Below, in pieces: positions 7,618 through 17,046 of a stretch of 25,436 bases of DNA. The notes under the pieces were generated by a model. The model worked only from the letters and a program-made list of their open reading frames with translations, did not search any database and had not been told where the DNA came from. This DNA is from Gemmatimonadota bacterium (GTDB taxonomy: Bacteria > Latescibacterota > UBA2968 > UBA8231): assembly GCA_038153405.1 (NCBI GenBank), contig JAYOYH010000016.1:1-25436 (forward strand), given 5' to 3'. The translations under genes and the position numbers were made by a program. Numbering within the stretch: position 1 is the stretch's first letter; each line of letters opens with the position of its first letter.

Positions 7618-9240
7618 ATGGGTACAAGCAAAGAGGCCCAGATGGATTTACTGGCGGCCGATGCCCCAGCCGCTCCGCGCAGTGCGCGCAACGGCAAAGC
7701 CACTGCCCAGTCGATGGCGTCGCGCCAGCGCGAGATCTCCGTATCGGAATTTTTCAGCCGCAATCGCCATTTACTCGGTTTCGACAACCCGCGCCGCTCG
7801 CTGTTGACGGGCATAAAAGAGGCGGTTGATAACAGTTTAGACGCTTGCGAAGAAGCAGGTATACTGCCCGATATCGAGGTGCAGCTGACGCAGGTGGCTG
7901 ACGATCGCTATATCATGCGGGTGTGCGACAATGGTCCGGGCATCGTCAAAAGCCAGATCCCCAACATCTTTGGCAAATTGCTCTACGGTTCAAAATTTCA
8001 TCGTTTGCGCATGTCGCGCGGACAGCAGGGAATTGGCATATCGGCTACGAGCATGTACGGCCAGCTGACGACGGGTAAAGCTACGCGCGTCATTTCGCGC
8101 ACCGGGTCTCGTCGCCCGGCTACCTACTATGAAATTCAGATCGATACTGCACACAACAAGCCGCAAATCGTGCGCGACGAACAGTGTGAGTGGGATCGTG
8201 CGCAGGGCACGCAGGTCGAAATTGAAATGGAGGCGCGCTACCAGCGCGGCCGTCAATCGGTAGACGAGTACCTGCGCCAGACCGCGTTGGCCAATCCGCA
8301 TTTAAAGCTGTTCTACACGGCACCCGATGGGCGCGAAGAGCTATACGAGCGCAGCAGTGTGGACATGCCCGACGAGGCGCAGGAGATCAAACCACATCCG
8401 CACGGTATTGAGCTCGGCGTGCTGATGAAAATGCTGCAGGGTACTCCGCACCGCACGCTGCAGGGTTTTTTGACGCAGGAGTTCTCGCGCGTGTCGGTGC
8501 GCGTGGCCAAGGACATTTGCACCAAGGCCGATCTCAAACCCAATGGCAGGCCTAAGAGCATTGCGCGCGAGGAAAGCGATCGCCTATTCAAGGCCATCAA
8601 TGCGACCAAGTTGATGCGCCCGCCGACCGACTGCATCGTGCCTATTGGCGAGGAGCTATTACTCGACTCCCTGCGCTCCAACGTCAACGCGGCGTTTTAC
8701 GCTTCGACGACGCGCCCGCCCTCTGTCTACCGCGGTAATCCCTTTCAAATCGAAGTGGCGGTGGCCTACGGTGGCGATATCAATGCGGAGGGGGCCGTGC
8801 AACTCATGCGCTTTGCCAACCGCGTGCCGCTGCTCTACCAGCCTTCGGCGTGCGCCATTACGCGCAGTCTGATCGATACGGACTGGCGTAACTACCGCAT
8901 TAGCCAAAGCAACAACGCGCTGCCTACGGGACCCTTAGTCGTCATCGTGCACGTGGCCTCCGTGTGGGTTCCCTTTACGTCGGAGAGCAAAGATGCCGTA
9001 GCCCACTACGACGAAATTATTAAGGAAATTCGCTTAGGCGTGCAGGAATGCGGTCGCAAGGTCGGAGAGCATATTGGCAAGATGCGGCGCGAGGCTGAGG
9101 CGTCGCGCAAAAAAGATTACATCGCTCAGTATATAGGGCATATTGCCGCTGCGCTACAAGAGATAACGGGAGATAGCGACAAGAAGACGCAGAGTGTAGA
9201 AAACAACTTGCAGGGCCTGTTGGAGAGGAGTCGCTCGTGA
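7618..9240 (+). CDS. top6B: DNA topoisomerase VI subunit B
   Basis: [22 protein letters not shown] motifs ([28 protein letters not shown]), KPHPHG, an H2TH segment, [10 protein letters not shown] and [10 protein letters not shown]. Confidence 0.97.
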   Translation: MGTSKEAQMDLLAADAPAAPRSARNGKATAQSMASRQREISVSEFFSRNRHLLGFDNPRRSLLTGIKEAVDNSLDACEEAGILPDIEVQLTQVADDRYIMRVCDNGPGIVKSQIPNIFGKLLYGSKFHRLRMSRGQQGIGISATSMYGQLTTGKATRVISRTGSRRPATYYEIQIDTAHNKPQIVRDEQCEWDRAQGTQVEIEMEARYQRGRQSVDEYLRQTALANPHLKLFYTAPDGREELYERSSVDMPDEAQEIKPHPHGIELGVLMKMLQGTPHRTLQGFLTQEFSRVSVRVAKDICTKADLKPNGRPKSIAREESDRLFKAINATKLMRPPTDCIVPIGEELLLDSLRSNVNAAFYASTTRPPSVYRGNPFQIEVAVAYGGDINAEGAVQLMRFANRVPLLYQPSACAITRSLIDTDWRNYRISQSNNALPTGPLVVIVHVASVWVPFTSESKDAVAHYDEIIKEIRLGVQECGRKVGEHIGKMRREAEASRKKDYIAQYIGHIAAALQEITGDSDKKTQSVENNLQGLLERSRS

Positions 9241-10325
9241 ACGAAGACCTGCTAAAACAGATTGCCAGAGAGGCCAAGAGCATCCGCGATAAGATTTTGC
9301 GCAAACAGAAGCCGTCCATGAAGTTTCCGCTGCGCAATCTGAGCAACGTCAAATTCGATCCTAAGGCAGGATTTTTTCAGATCGGTCGCAAAACCAAAGA
9401 GCGCACGCTGGCCGTGTCGACGGTAAAGACCTTTGCCCAGTCGCTCAAGATGATTGCGCTGTCGAAAAATCTGATCGAGACCGACGATATAGCGACCAAG
9501 CGCGAAGCGTATTACGTGGCCAAGGGCTGGTCGGAGGAAATTCGCTTTGCCGAGCAGACCGAGTCCGATGCGGTGCTCGACGACGTGGAGGCATTTTTTT
9601 CGGTCAATCGCGAGCAGTTGGGTTTTGTGCCCGAAGAAAAGGGCGGAGAGGTCGCCGGTCGCTTGGTCGTCTATGACGTCGACCGCGACAGCGGCGAGGA
9701 GTTAGCTATCGACTGCACCCGGTTTGGCTCAGGTGCCTATTCAATACCCATTTCTGTCGAGCATCTGCGCTTCGAGTCGGGCGCCAAATTTATTCTCGCC
9801 ATCGAGACCGCGGGCATGTTCCAGCGCTTGGTCAAGCACAACTACTGGCGCACGGCCGACTGCATCTTGGTTTCGATGGGCGGTGTGCCCACGCGCGCGA
9901 CGCGGCGCTTTATACGGCGATTGAGCGAAGAGTTGGATATTCCCACCTACGCTTTTGTCGACTGCGATCCCTACGGAATTTGCAATATCTATCGCACGCT
10001 CAAGGTCGGCTCGGGCAATGCCGCGCATATCAACGAAGCCTTCTGCGTGCCGCGCGCTCATTTTCTCGGCGTGACGCCCGACGATATCGAAGAGTACGGC
10101 TTGCCGACGCACAAGATGACCGATGTCGATATCAAGCGCATTGATGATGCGCTGAAAAATGATCCGTTTGTCCAGCACTACAAGAAGTGGCAGGACGCGC
10201 TGCTCAGGCTCAAAGAGATGGGTTACCGCGCCGAGCAGCAGGCCTTTGCCGTGCACGACCTAAATCACGTCATCGATACCTACCTGCCGGAAAAATTGGA
10301 GCGCGCCAACCAGTTTTTGCCCTGA
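9237..10325 (+). CDS. top6A: DNA topoisomerase VI subunit A (Spo11 family)
   Basis: GTGA overlap with top6B. ATKREAYY (catalytic Tyr), [38 protein letters not shown] and AEQQA. Confidence 0.97.
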   Translation: MNEDLLKQIAREAKSIRDKILRKQKPSMKFPLRNLSNVKFDPKAGFFQIGRKTKERTLAVSTVKTFAQSLKMIALSKNLIETDDIATKREAYYVAKGWSEEIRFAEQTESDAVLDDVEAFFSVNREQLGFVPEEKGGEVAGRLVVYDVDRDSGEELAIDCTRFGSGAYSIPISVEHLRFESGAKFILAIETAGMFQRLVKHNYWRTADCILVSMGGVPTRATRRFIRRLSEELDIPTYAFVDCDPYGICNIYRTLKVGSGNAAHINEAFCVPRAHFLGVTPDDIEEYGLPTHKMTDVDIKRIDDALKNDPFVQHYKKWQDALLRLKEMGYRAEQQAFAVHDLNHVIDTYLPEKLERANQFLP

Positions 10326-10521
10326 GCTATTGTTTTCTCTGAGATGTATCATTGTGTTTTGATCATGAATATTTATGTATTAAGCGGTGCATTCGGAGAG
10401 GTCGTTGACCTGCTTTTCGGGCGCCGGGGTCATTATAAGTAGAGTCGGCTGTTTAATATGGCCCTATTCATGGATATAGAGCGCCAGTGCAACGACCGCA
10501 TAATCTGCAGGAGCACCCAGA

Positions 10522-11292
10522 ATGAAGAAGCCGTTATATAGGTACGGTCGCTATTTGTGGCGTAATAGGTTGGGCTATTGCAATATATGCAGAATGCCGT
10601 CAGTCTTTTTGCACACTCAGTCGTACAGCACGCTGCGCGATGACTTGGAATGTATATTTTGCCGTGGTATTTCTAGAAATCGCCATTTGGTGCAGAGTGT
10701 AGAGCGACTGTTTGCTAATCGAGGTGTTCGGTGTATTAGAGATTTGGACAATATAGAAGGCTTTAGCGCTTATATATCTGCTTTTTCGGGAGCAGTGGCT
10801 TCTAGTATTCGAGATCTCGAATGTGTAGTTACATCAGAATATCACGATGGTTGCCAATCAGGAGAGTGGAGAGAAGGCATTCTATGTCAGAATATAGAAG
10901 AGATGTCTTTTGACAGTGAGTCGTTTGATTTGGTAATAACGGAAGATGTTCTGGAGCATGTGCAAGATTACAAAAAAGCACTAACGGATATCTTTCGCGT
11001 ATTAAAAAAAGATGGGGCTTTTGTATTTACTGTACCATTTTTTTTCGATAGAAAAACAGAACCCCTGTGGAGTTTTGTCGAGGGGAACTGGCAGCCGATT
11101 GTTCATCCCATAGAGTACCACGGTGATAGTATTCGCGGGTTGATTCCAGCTTTTAATCGGTTTGGAAGAGATTTTTTTGATGTGTTAGAAAAAATTGGTT
11201 TTCAAACAGAAGTTGTGTTTTCTACTTTCCGAGATACGCGGTATGTGCGCATATATGACTGTTACACATTCGTATCGTCAAAAAGTGAATAG
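10522..11292 (+). CDS. class I SAM-dependent methyltransferase-like protein with N-terminal Zn ribbon
   Basis: CNIC...CIFC pair. QNIEEMSFDSESFDLVITEDVLEHV...RVLKKDGAFVFTVP is a Methyltransf_11-like signature. AGGAG RBS; AT-rich. Confidence 0.85.
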   Translation: MKKPLYRYGRYLWRNRLGYCNICRMPSVFLHTQSYSTLRDDLECIFCRGISRNRHLVQSVERLFANRGVRCIRDLDNIEGFSAYISAFSGAVASSIRDLECVVTSEYHDGCQSGEWREGILCQNIEEMSFDSESFDLVITEDVLEHVQDYKKALTDIFRVLKKDGAFVFTVPFFFDRKTEPLWSFVEGNWQPIVHPIEYHGDSIRGLIPAFNRFGRDFFDVLEKIGFQTEVVFSTFRDTRYVRIYDCYTFVSSKSE

Positions 11293-11308
11293 ATAATATG
11301 TTGTGAAT

Positions 11309-11361
11309 TCAATTTCTAAGCGCACTTTCCAAGCACCGCGAAAAGTGCGCTTAGAAATTGA
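11309..11361. terminator. 20-bp perfect inverted repeat between convergent genes (probable bidirectional terminator)
   Basis: TCAATTTCTAAGCGCACTTT-13 nt-AAAGTGCGCTTAGAAATTGA. Confidence 0.7.
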
Positions 11362-11365
11362 TGTG

Positions 11366-12412
11366 TTAATCGAGTTTAGCGGGTGTTTCTGCCGTCTTTG
11401 AAACGCGCCCCAGCGCGACAGGTATACCTCCGGCTAAACGCGATAATGTCCCCAAGAAACTTAGTGCTATATACACGCCCACTTCTTCAGTGCCTATACC
11501 CACACGCGTTAAAAGTAGTGTCATGAGTCCTTCGCGGATGCCTATACCACCCGGGGTAAGAGGTAATATTACGATGGTAACTTCAATAAGCGCTAAGATT
11601 GCAGCAAATGGCCAAAAGAAGAATTTCCCACTAATCCCATATAGAACAATTGCCGTACCGAATACCAGAGATAATTGAATGCAAAGCGTGATGATGATTG
11701 CGTATATCAGCGCCCGGTATTGCGTGCGGAATACGTACACTGCATCGCGTATAACGGCTAGCTTCTTGAGAAGGGGTGTGGGCACAATGCGCTCGCTTAA
11801 GAGCCTAATAGGCCGAGTGAGACGTTTGGAAAATGAAGCGGCAAGAGCAAGAAATAGAACAGTGGCAGATGCCAGTAATAAAGGGCCCACGTCGAATTTG
11901 CCCAAGTTGAGCAACTGCGTTTCCATCGCGATGCCCAACAAGCCGATCATCATCCAACCGACTAGGCCCAGCAGCTTGGATAACCAGGTTGATCCCCAGA
12001 CGACGGCATAGTCTATCTGGCGCGATAAAAGCACGGCGCGCACGATCTCTTGAGCACTAGCTCCCGGTAACACCATGGCGTAAAACGAAGCGGCAAAGTG
12101 GGTTTCTATGGTTTTCCACGGTGATAGGTCGGTTGCTGCAGTGCGCAGCAAAACCCACCAGCGAAATGCCTGAAGTGCCATTGGAAACAGGGGTGAGAGC
12201 AAGGCCATGGCTAAGACCCACAGCGGCACATCCCGTAAAACGCTCTCCAACTCGGCGTAGTCCAACTGCGCGTAGATCCACGCAAATGGAGCGACTATCG
12301 CCGCCGTGCGCAGTATGCGCAAAAACCACCTGCGCAGCGTCGCATTTGAAGCGATATAACGCTTTGCACAGAGTAGGAATCTACTGCGCGTTTTATCGTT
12401 TTGACTCGACAA
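11366..12412 (-). CDS. lysylphosphatidylglycerol synthase TM-like / UPF0104 flippase-like membrane protein
   Basis: About 8 hydrophobic segments; LQAFRWWVLL, FYAMVLPG and LPLTPGGIGIRE motifs. Start position uncertain. Confidence 0.88.
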   Translation of the reverse strand: MSSQNDKTRSRFLLCAKRYIASNATLRRWFLRILRTAAIVAPFAWIYAQLDYAELESVLRDVPLWVLAMALLSPLFPMALQAFRWWVLLRTAATDLSPWKTIETHFAASFYAMVLPGASAQEIVRAVLLSRQIDYAVVWGSTWLSKLLGLVGWMMIGLLGIAMETQLLNLGKFDVGPLLLASATVLFLALAASFSKRLTRPIRLLSERIVPTPLLKKLAVIRDAVYVFRTQYRALIYAIIITLCIQLSLVFGTAIVLYGISGKFFFWPFAAILALIEVTIVILPLTPGGIGIREGLMTLLLTRVGIGTEEVGVYIALSFLGTLSRLAGGIPVALGRVSKTAETPAKLD

Positions 12413-12530
12413 TATCTTTTATATAGTGAGAGGTAGAACCACTTAGCATTTTGTTAAATGTACGGCAAAAGAATATATGTGCATCAGAACGCACATTGAC
12501 TGCTACTGTCGTGATGGCTATGTCGAATGC

Positions 12531-13496
12531 CTAGCGAACTGCTTTCTCCTCGTCCAATTGCTTCAGATAGGCATCGAGTTCAGCTCGCGGCATGGGTAGG
12601 TCGGTTTTAGCTTTGAGCCACGCGCGAAAATCGCGCTCGAAGACATCGGCATCCACGACAAACGCCTCGTTGACATATTCGTATTTTTCGGTCTTGATGC
12701 AGAAGAAGTTATAGGCATCGCGCAGGGCGATGTACTCGCCTCGTATGACGACTTCTTGCACTAAGTGGGGCGGTATAAAGGCCACGCCCGTGGATTTGGC
12801 CAGGATAGCGTCGCCCGGCAGAACGGTGACTCGCCCAATGCGGATGGGTGCATTGATGGTCGCCACCATCATTTCGCGGATAGCCGATGGGTCGGAGCCG
12901 CGAATCCAAAAGTTAAACCCGTCGATTTCCGACAGGCCCTCGACGTCGCGCACGGAGCCATTGAATATTACGCCCCGCTTGCTCGCCGCATAGATAGCGT
13001 TGCCCAAATTGTCGCCAATGAGCGTGCCGTCGACAATTTTTCCGTAGCTGTCGGCAATATAGATATCGCCCTCCATGAGCTTGATAATGGGGGCGTAATT
13101 GGTCACCGGCGTTTTGGTGCCCTCGCGCTCGGCCTGTTTCTGCACATAGTTGTTGAAGTCGGATCGCAGTGGCATGAACTGTGCCGTGAGGGCGCGCCCG
13201 GTCATCACCTGCTCCGGATGCAGTATTTCCCAACCATTTTGCTGGGTACCAGCGAAATTTTCAAACTGATTGTTGTAGCCCTTGCGCCGCAGCGATCCCC
13301 AGACTTCTTCCATTGAAAGGCCCTTTAGGCGTTCGAGCAGCGCATCGGAGACCTTCGGCCTACCGTCCGGCGTGCGTTCGCCAGACCATTCGGCTGTAAG
13401 ATCAATAACGCTTTGCGCTGGCCAGGCTACGTGTTGAGCATGGGCGCCGATGGCCGATACCATCAGAAAGGTAAGTGCGAGCAGTCCATTTTTCAT
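12531..13496 (-). CDS. RraA/HMG-aldolase-like protein with signal peptide
   Basis: MKNGLLALTFLMVSAIGAHA signal peptide; DGRPKVSD, GRALTAQFMP, TLIGDNLG, NGSVRD and VTVLPGDAI. The longer ORF start overlaps the divergent gene and is rejected. Confidence 0.85.
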   Translation of the reverse strand: MKNGLLALTFLMVSAIGAHAQHVAWPAQSVIDLTAEWSGERTPDGRPKVSDALLERLKGLSMEEVWGSLRRKGYNNQFENFAGTQQNGWEILHPEQVMTGRALTAQFMPLRSDFNNYVQKQAEREGTKTPVTNYAPIIKLMEGDIYIADSYGKIVDGTLIGDNLGNAIYAASKRGVIFNGSVRDVEGLSEIDGFNFWIRGSDPSAIREMMVATINAPIRIGRVTVLPGDAILAKSTGVAFIPPHLVQEVVIRGEYIALRDAYNFFCIKTEKYEYVNEAFVVDADVFERDFRAWLKAKTDLPMPRAELDAYLKQLDEEKAVR

Positions 13497-13677
13497 TGCA
13501 TTGAGCTCCGACGAGTCGAGATGAGAGGCGAATGGGTAACTGCTTGTGGCAGGGCAATGTATTAATATCTGGGCGGTGTAACCAGAGAAAAGTGCGCTGT
13601 TTCGTCCCCGTTTGACGCGGCGTGCGACCCTGTCTTTTTTACTAGATGAGACGCGACTGCGCGGGAGTTTACCGAAT

Positions 13678-14967
13678 ATGTCTGTAGAACATCGCACTGC
13701 AATCGTCGTTGGCGGCGGACCGGCTGGCCTGCCGCTGGCTGCCGTACTGGGAGGTTGGTACCCCTTTTTTCGTTCGGGAACGACGTTTTCTCGCCGCTAT
13801 GCCCCCTTGGCTGACCATCTGCAGCAGGTGCGCGGATCGCTGCTGGGCCTCGATTTTAGGGACTTGGTTGCGCGCGGTATCGCGCCGGTGGACCTGTTTC
13901 GCGCACTGCACCACCCGCGTAAGCTGTTCGAAGACCTCGACCAGGTGGCGATGGAGTTTCGCCGCGCTGAGGGTGTCGACGTGCTGCTTCTAACGCGCGA
14001 AGAGGTAGGCGGTCTGTGGAACAATGCGCCGCGCAACCTGCTGACGCTGTCGCCGGGGCAGTGGATGGAGTTCGCCTTTTATCCGCTTGCCCAGCACGCC
14101 GAAGAAGTTGGTCTCGATATCGACGTCAACGCCCTGATAAAGAAAACGGACCTAATCGACTACTACCACCGCGTGCCGTCGCGCTTTGCCGTCGAAGATC
14201 GCGTCCGCACCTGGCAAGATGTCTACGAGATTGCGCCCCATGAAAAGGGGTTTGCGGTGCGCGCGCGCGATGTGCGCACGGGCGATGAAAGCGCTTATAC
14301 ATGCAAGTATGTAGTCTATGCGACGGGGCAGCGCGCCAAACTGCGCCAGCTCGAAGTGGAGGGCGAGGACCTGCCCTTTGTCACGCCGTTCTACGACAAC
14401 CCCGACGATTTTTCCGGCGAGCGCGTGATGGTCGTGGGTGGAGGGCGTTCGGGCGATTGGGCGGCCACGGAGCTGCACGACGCCGGCAAGCAGGTCTACT
14501 ATAGCATGCGGCAGGGCGACGGCGTGCACTGGCAGTTGATCAACGATAGCCTCTACCTGCCCTATTATCAGCGCATTGCCGATATCTTGCGCGATAATTC
14601 ACCGCGCTTAGAAGCGCTCTACGGCACGCGCATCGAGCGCATTGAAGCCAGCGGTGCCGTCTCGCTGAACGGTCCGGCCGGACTGCGTACGGTGGAGGTC
14701 GATCACGTCGTCAAAGAAATTGGTGGTTGGGCCGACTACGCGCTGTTGCAGAAATTTGGTCCACTCTCGCTTTTTGACAAGCGCGATGCCTACCGCTTTC
14801 AGGTTCACCAATTGCAGACCCATGCGCACAACTACGAGTCCGTCGATATTCCGAATCTGTACGCCGGGGGCTATTTGGCACAGGACATCGGGCTGGTCGT
14901 GATGGCCATGCACGGTACGACGTATGCCATAGCTGGTGATATCCTGCAGAAAGAGGGGATACTGTAG
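13678..14967 (+). CDS. FAD/NAD(P)-dependent oxidoreductase (flavin monooxygenase/YpdA-like), OSGIN-like N-terminus
   Basis: IVVGGGPAG (FAD), GGLW, YATG, VVGGGRSG (NADPH) and IPNLYAGG. GGGAG upstream of ATG at 13678. Confidence 0.88.
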   Translation: MSVEHRTAIVVGGGPAGLPLAAVLGGWYPFFRSGTTFSRRYAPLADHLQQVRGSLLGLDFRDLVARGIAPVDLFRALHHPRKLFEDLDQVAMEFRRAEGVDVLLLTREEVGGLWNNAPRNLLTLSPGQWMEFAFYPLAQHAEEVGLDIDVNALIKKTDLIDYYHRVPSRFAVEDRVRTWQDVYEIAPHEKGFAVRARDVRTGDESAYTCKYVVYATGQRAKLRQLEVEGEDLPFVTPFYDNPDDFSGERVMVVGGGRSGDWAATELHDAGKQVYYSMRQGDGVHWQLINDSLYLPYYQRIADILRDNSPRLEALYGTRIERIEASGAVSLNGPAGLRTVEVDHVVKEIGGWADYALLQKFGPLSLFDKRDAYRFQVHQLQTHAHNYESVDIPNLYAGGYLAQDIGLVVMAMHGTTYAIAGDILQKEGIL

Positions 14968-15004
14968 GTGCGGTGGGGCTGATCTACGGTCGGCAATGGG
15001 CACG

Positions 15005-15041
15005 CAAAAGGCCGCTACCCATACGGCGTAGCGGCCTTTTG
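15005..15041. terminator. bidirectional intrinsic terminator
   Basis: CAAAAGGCCGCTAC-ccatacggc-GTAGCGGCCTTTTG between convergent genes. Confidence 0.88.
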
Positions 15042-15065
15042 TATTGCCGTGCGCACAGCCTGCCG

Positions 15066-16052
15066 CTAGCGGGCCTGCGTCTCTACCAACAGCTTAAGCG
15101 CGTCTAAGTCAATCTCATTTTCGCCGGGAAACTCGTAGGGCAATAGCCACCAGTCCTCGGTGAAAGAGGCACTTTTTCCGGGCGCTATCTGCTCGCGTGG
15201 GCCGATGGGTTCCAGCTCGGTCATCTGGTCTTTGTAATACCAGATGGAAATGGTCAAGCCGGCCATCTCTCTGTAGGGTCGATCCGGGTAGGTCGGATAG
15301 CGTTTGACCCACAGCAGGTCGTTGCGTTCGGCATAGGCAAACCAGCCGACCATCGAATCCATGCCCAATTTGGGGCGCTGGGGCGTGTCGAGGACTTCGA
15401 TAAAGCCGTCGCGGATGCGGATATTCGGGTCTTCGGGGCGATAGTTCATGACCGGTCCGGGACCGTACATGATGTAGTGGGCGGGAAAGCGGCTCTCGGC
15501 CGACAGCGGGATCAGCACGATGCCGCCGCCGGTGCCAAAGGTGCGGCTCCAGTGTGCCCAGTGCTTTTCGCTGTCGGAAATATTTTTGATCGTTTGTGTC
15601 ACGCGTAGGTGCGTCCCGTGTTCGTCGAGTTCAACGTCGCGAATGAGCTGGACGCCGGTCGCTTTGTCCTCGACGCTGACCAAACGCGCCGCGCGTGGCC
15701 CGGTGATTTGGCCCGTCCACAGACCGAACCACAGGTTGGGGTGAGGAGGAATGGTTGTTTCGGGCCCGATGTCGAGTCGTCCGCCCGTTGGGTCGACGGT
15801 TTTTTCGCCGGGTTTATACACCCAACCCTCTTGTGCCGGGTCGAGGTAAATCGCGTTGTTGCCCTTAAGCGAGTATTCGAGAATGCGTCCACCGTGTTCG
15901 GTGAGCACGGCGCGCGCTTCTTTATTTTCAAGGACAATACAGCGGTCGTAGCCAAAATAGGAGGCGGTATGGGCGCCGGGCATCTGTGCGTGTGCTCCTG
16001 CTATGAGGGTGTGGGCCATTGCGGCGATGAAGATGCGTATAGGATAGCGCAT
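15066..16052 (-). CDS. exported hypothetical protein, DUF4380 / galactose-mutarotase-like beta-sandwich
   Basis: Signal peptide ending AHA; GGRILEY, GGRLDIGPE, VTQTIKN...HWSRT and ELEPIGP..IAPG.S..FTEDW. Confidence 0.7.
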   Translation of the reverse strand: MRYPIRIFIAAMAHTLIAGAHAQMPGAHTASYFGYDRCIVLENKEARAVLTEHGGRILEYSLKGNNAIYLDPAQEGWVYKPGEKTVDPTGGRLDIGPETTIPPHPNLWFGLWTGQITGPRAARLVSVEDKATGVQLIRDVELDEHGTHLRVTQTIKNISDSEKHWAHWSRTFGTGGGIVLIPLSAESRFPAHYIMYGPGPVMNYRPEDPNIRIRDGFIEVLDTPQRPKLGMDSMVGWFAYAERNDLLWVKRYPTYPDRPYREMAGLTISIWYYKDQMTELEPIGPREQIAPGKSASFTEDWWLLPYEFPGENEIDLDALKLLVETQAR

Positions 16053-16269
16053 GGCAGGATCCTTGGCTCGGGGTTAGATGGAGCATGAATATAGGCCGGA
16101 CGTTAGCCGGGGCAAAATAGCGCTGCTGAGCAGCGCGGAATGTACATGCGAATATTATTGCCTATTAATCTGACTAGTTGTCGAAATTCTCTTTTAAAAG
16201 TGAATGCCACTAGTTATTATTATGTGCTGAGAACTGTTTTCTTTTTGTTGGTCTTCCAAAGGAAAGGTA

Positions 16270-17034
16270 ATGAAATTGTTTACGCCTAGTGTTGCGCGCG
16301 CGCGCGGTTCTGTGACACTTTTCTCGCTTTCTTGGTTCATTGGCTTTATGGTACTTAGCATGCCAACCGTCGGTGAAGCAGGAGGTGAACTGACCTACTA
16401 TTTCGATTCGAGGTCGTACAATACGCTCAACGTCTTGACCAGCGTGAGTGACTTGCCCGGGAACGTCAATATCTGGGGTTTTACCGACTTTCACGGGGTG
16501 CAAAAGGACGCCGGCGAACGCTTTGATCTGACGCGCTACTTTATGGAGTACCGGCTGCGGCGCGGCATTGATCCAAACTGGATCGCAGGGCTGAACGGAG
16601 TGGGCGTTGAGGTCGAGTATAATGACGGGGCTGCTTACAGGGAGGACGCAACAAAAGATACTACGGCTACTACGGCTAAAAATCCGTCTAACATGCTGCG
16701 CTTCGGCGTCAATTACAAGCACGGCCTACAATTTGCGGGGTTGGAAGGGGGTTGGTTACAGTGGCGCCTATTCCCCTATGAAACCGATGAATCTGGCCAG
16801 CAGTTTAGCGTAGTGCATTTCCTGCCGCTGGCCCCCAAGGTTAGCGTTGCCGGTTTTGCCGATCTGAATATCAATAAGGGCACGTCGCATCGATGGGTCG
16901 TGGAGTCGCAGTTGACGTATCGCATCCACAAAGCGATCGGCCTGGTGCTCGAAGTGCGCTACAACGGCTTCGAAGATGCCAACCCAATCCTAGATGGAAT
17001 TGGCATAGCCGGCGGTCTGAGCGCGCCGCTGTAG
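16270..17034 (+). CDS. putative outer-membrane beta-barrel protein (Tsx-like)
   Basis: Signal-like N-terminus and alternating amphipathic strands (NIWGFTDF, RYFMEYRL, SVAGFADLN, WVVESQLTY, LVLEVRYN). First gene of a three-gene unit. Confidence 0.65.
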   Translation: MKLFTPSVARARGSVTLFSLSWFIGFMVLSMPTVGEAGGELTYYFDSRSYNTLNVLTSVSDLPGNVNIWGFTDFHGVQKDAGERFDLTRYFMEYRLRRGIDPNWIAGLNGVGVEVEYNDGAAYREDATKDTTATTAKNPSNMLRFGVNYKHGLQFAGLEGGWLQWRLFPYETDESGQQFSVVHFLPLAPKVSVAGFADLNINKGTSHRWVVESQLTYRIHKAIGLVLEVRYNGFEDANPILDGIGIAGGLSAPL

Positions 17035-17046
17035 GCTGGAGAGGAC

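Noticed and set aside
13497..13697. Apparent head-to-head overlap of ORFs 12531-13697 and 13612-14967
   Set aside because: An artefact of longest-ORF calling. The likely starts (13496 and 13678) leave a normal divergent intergenic region.
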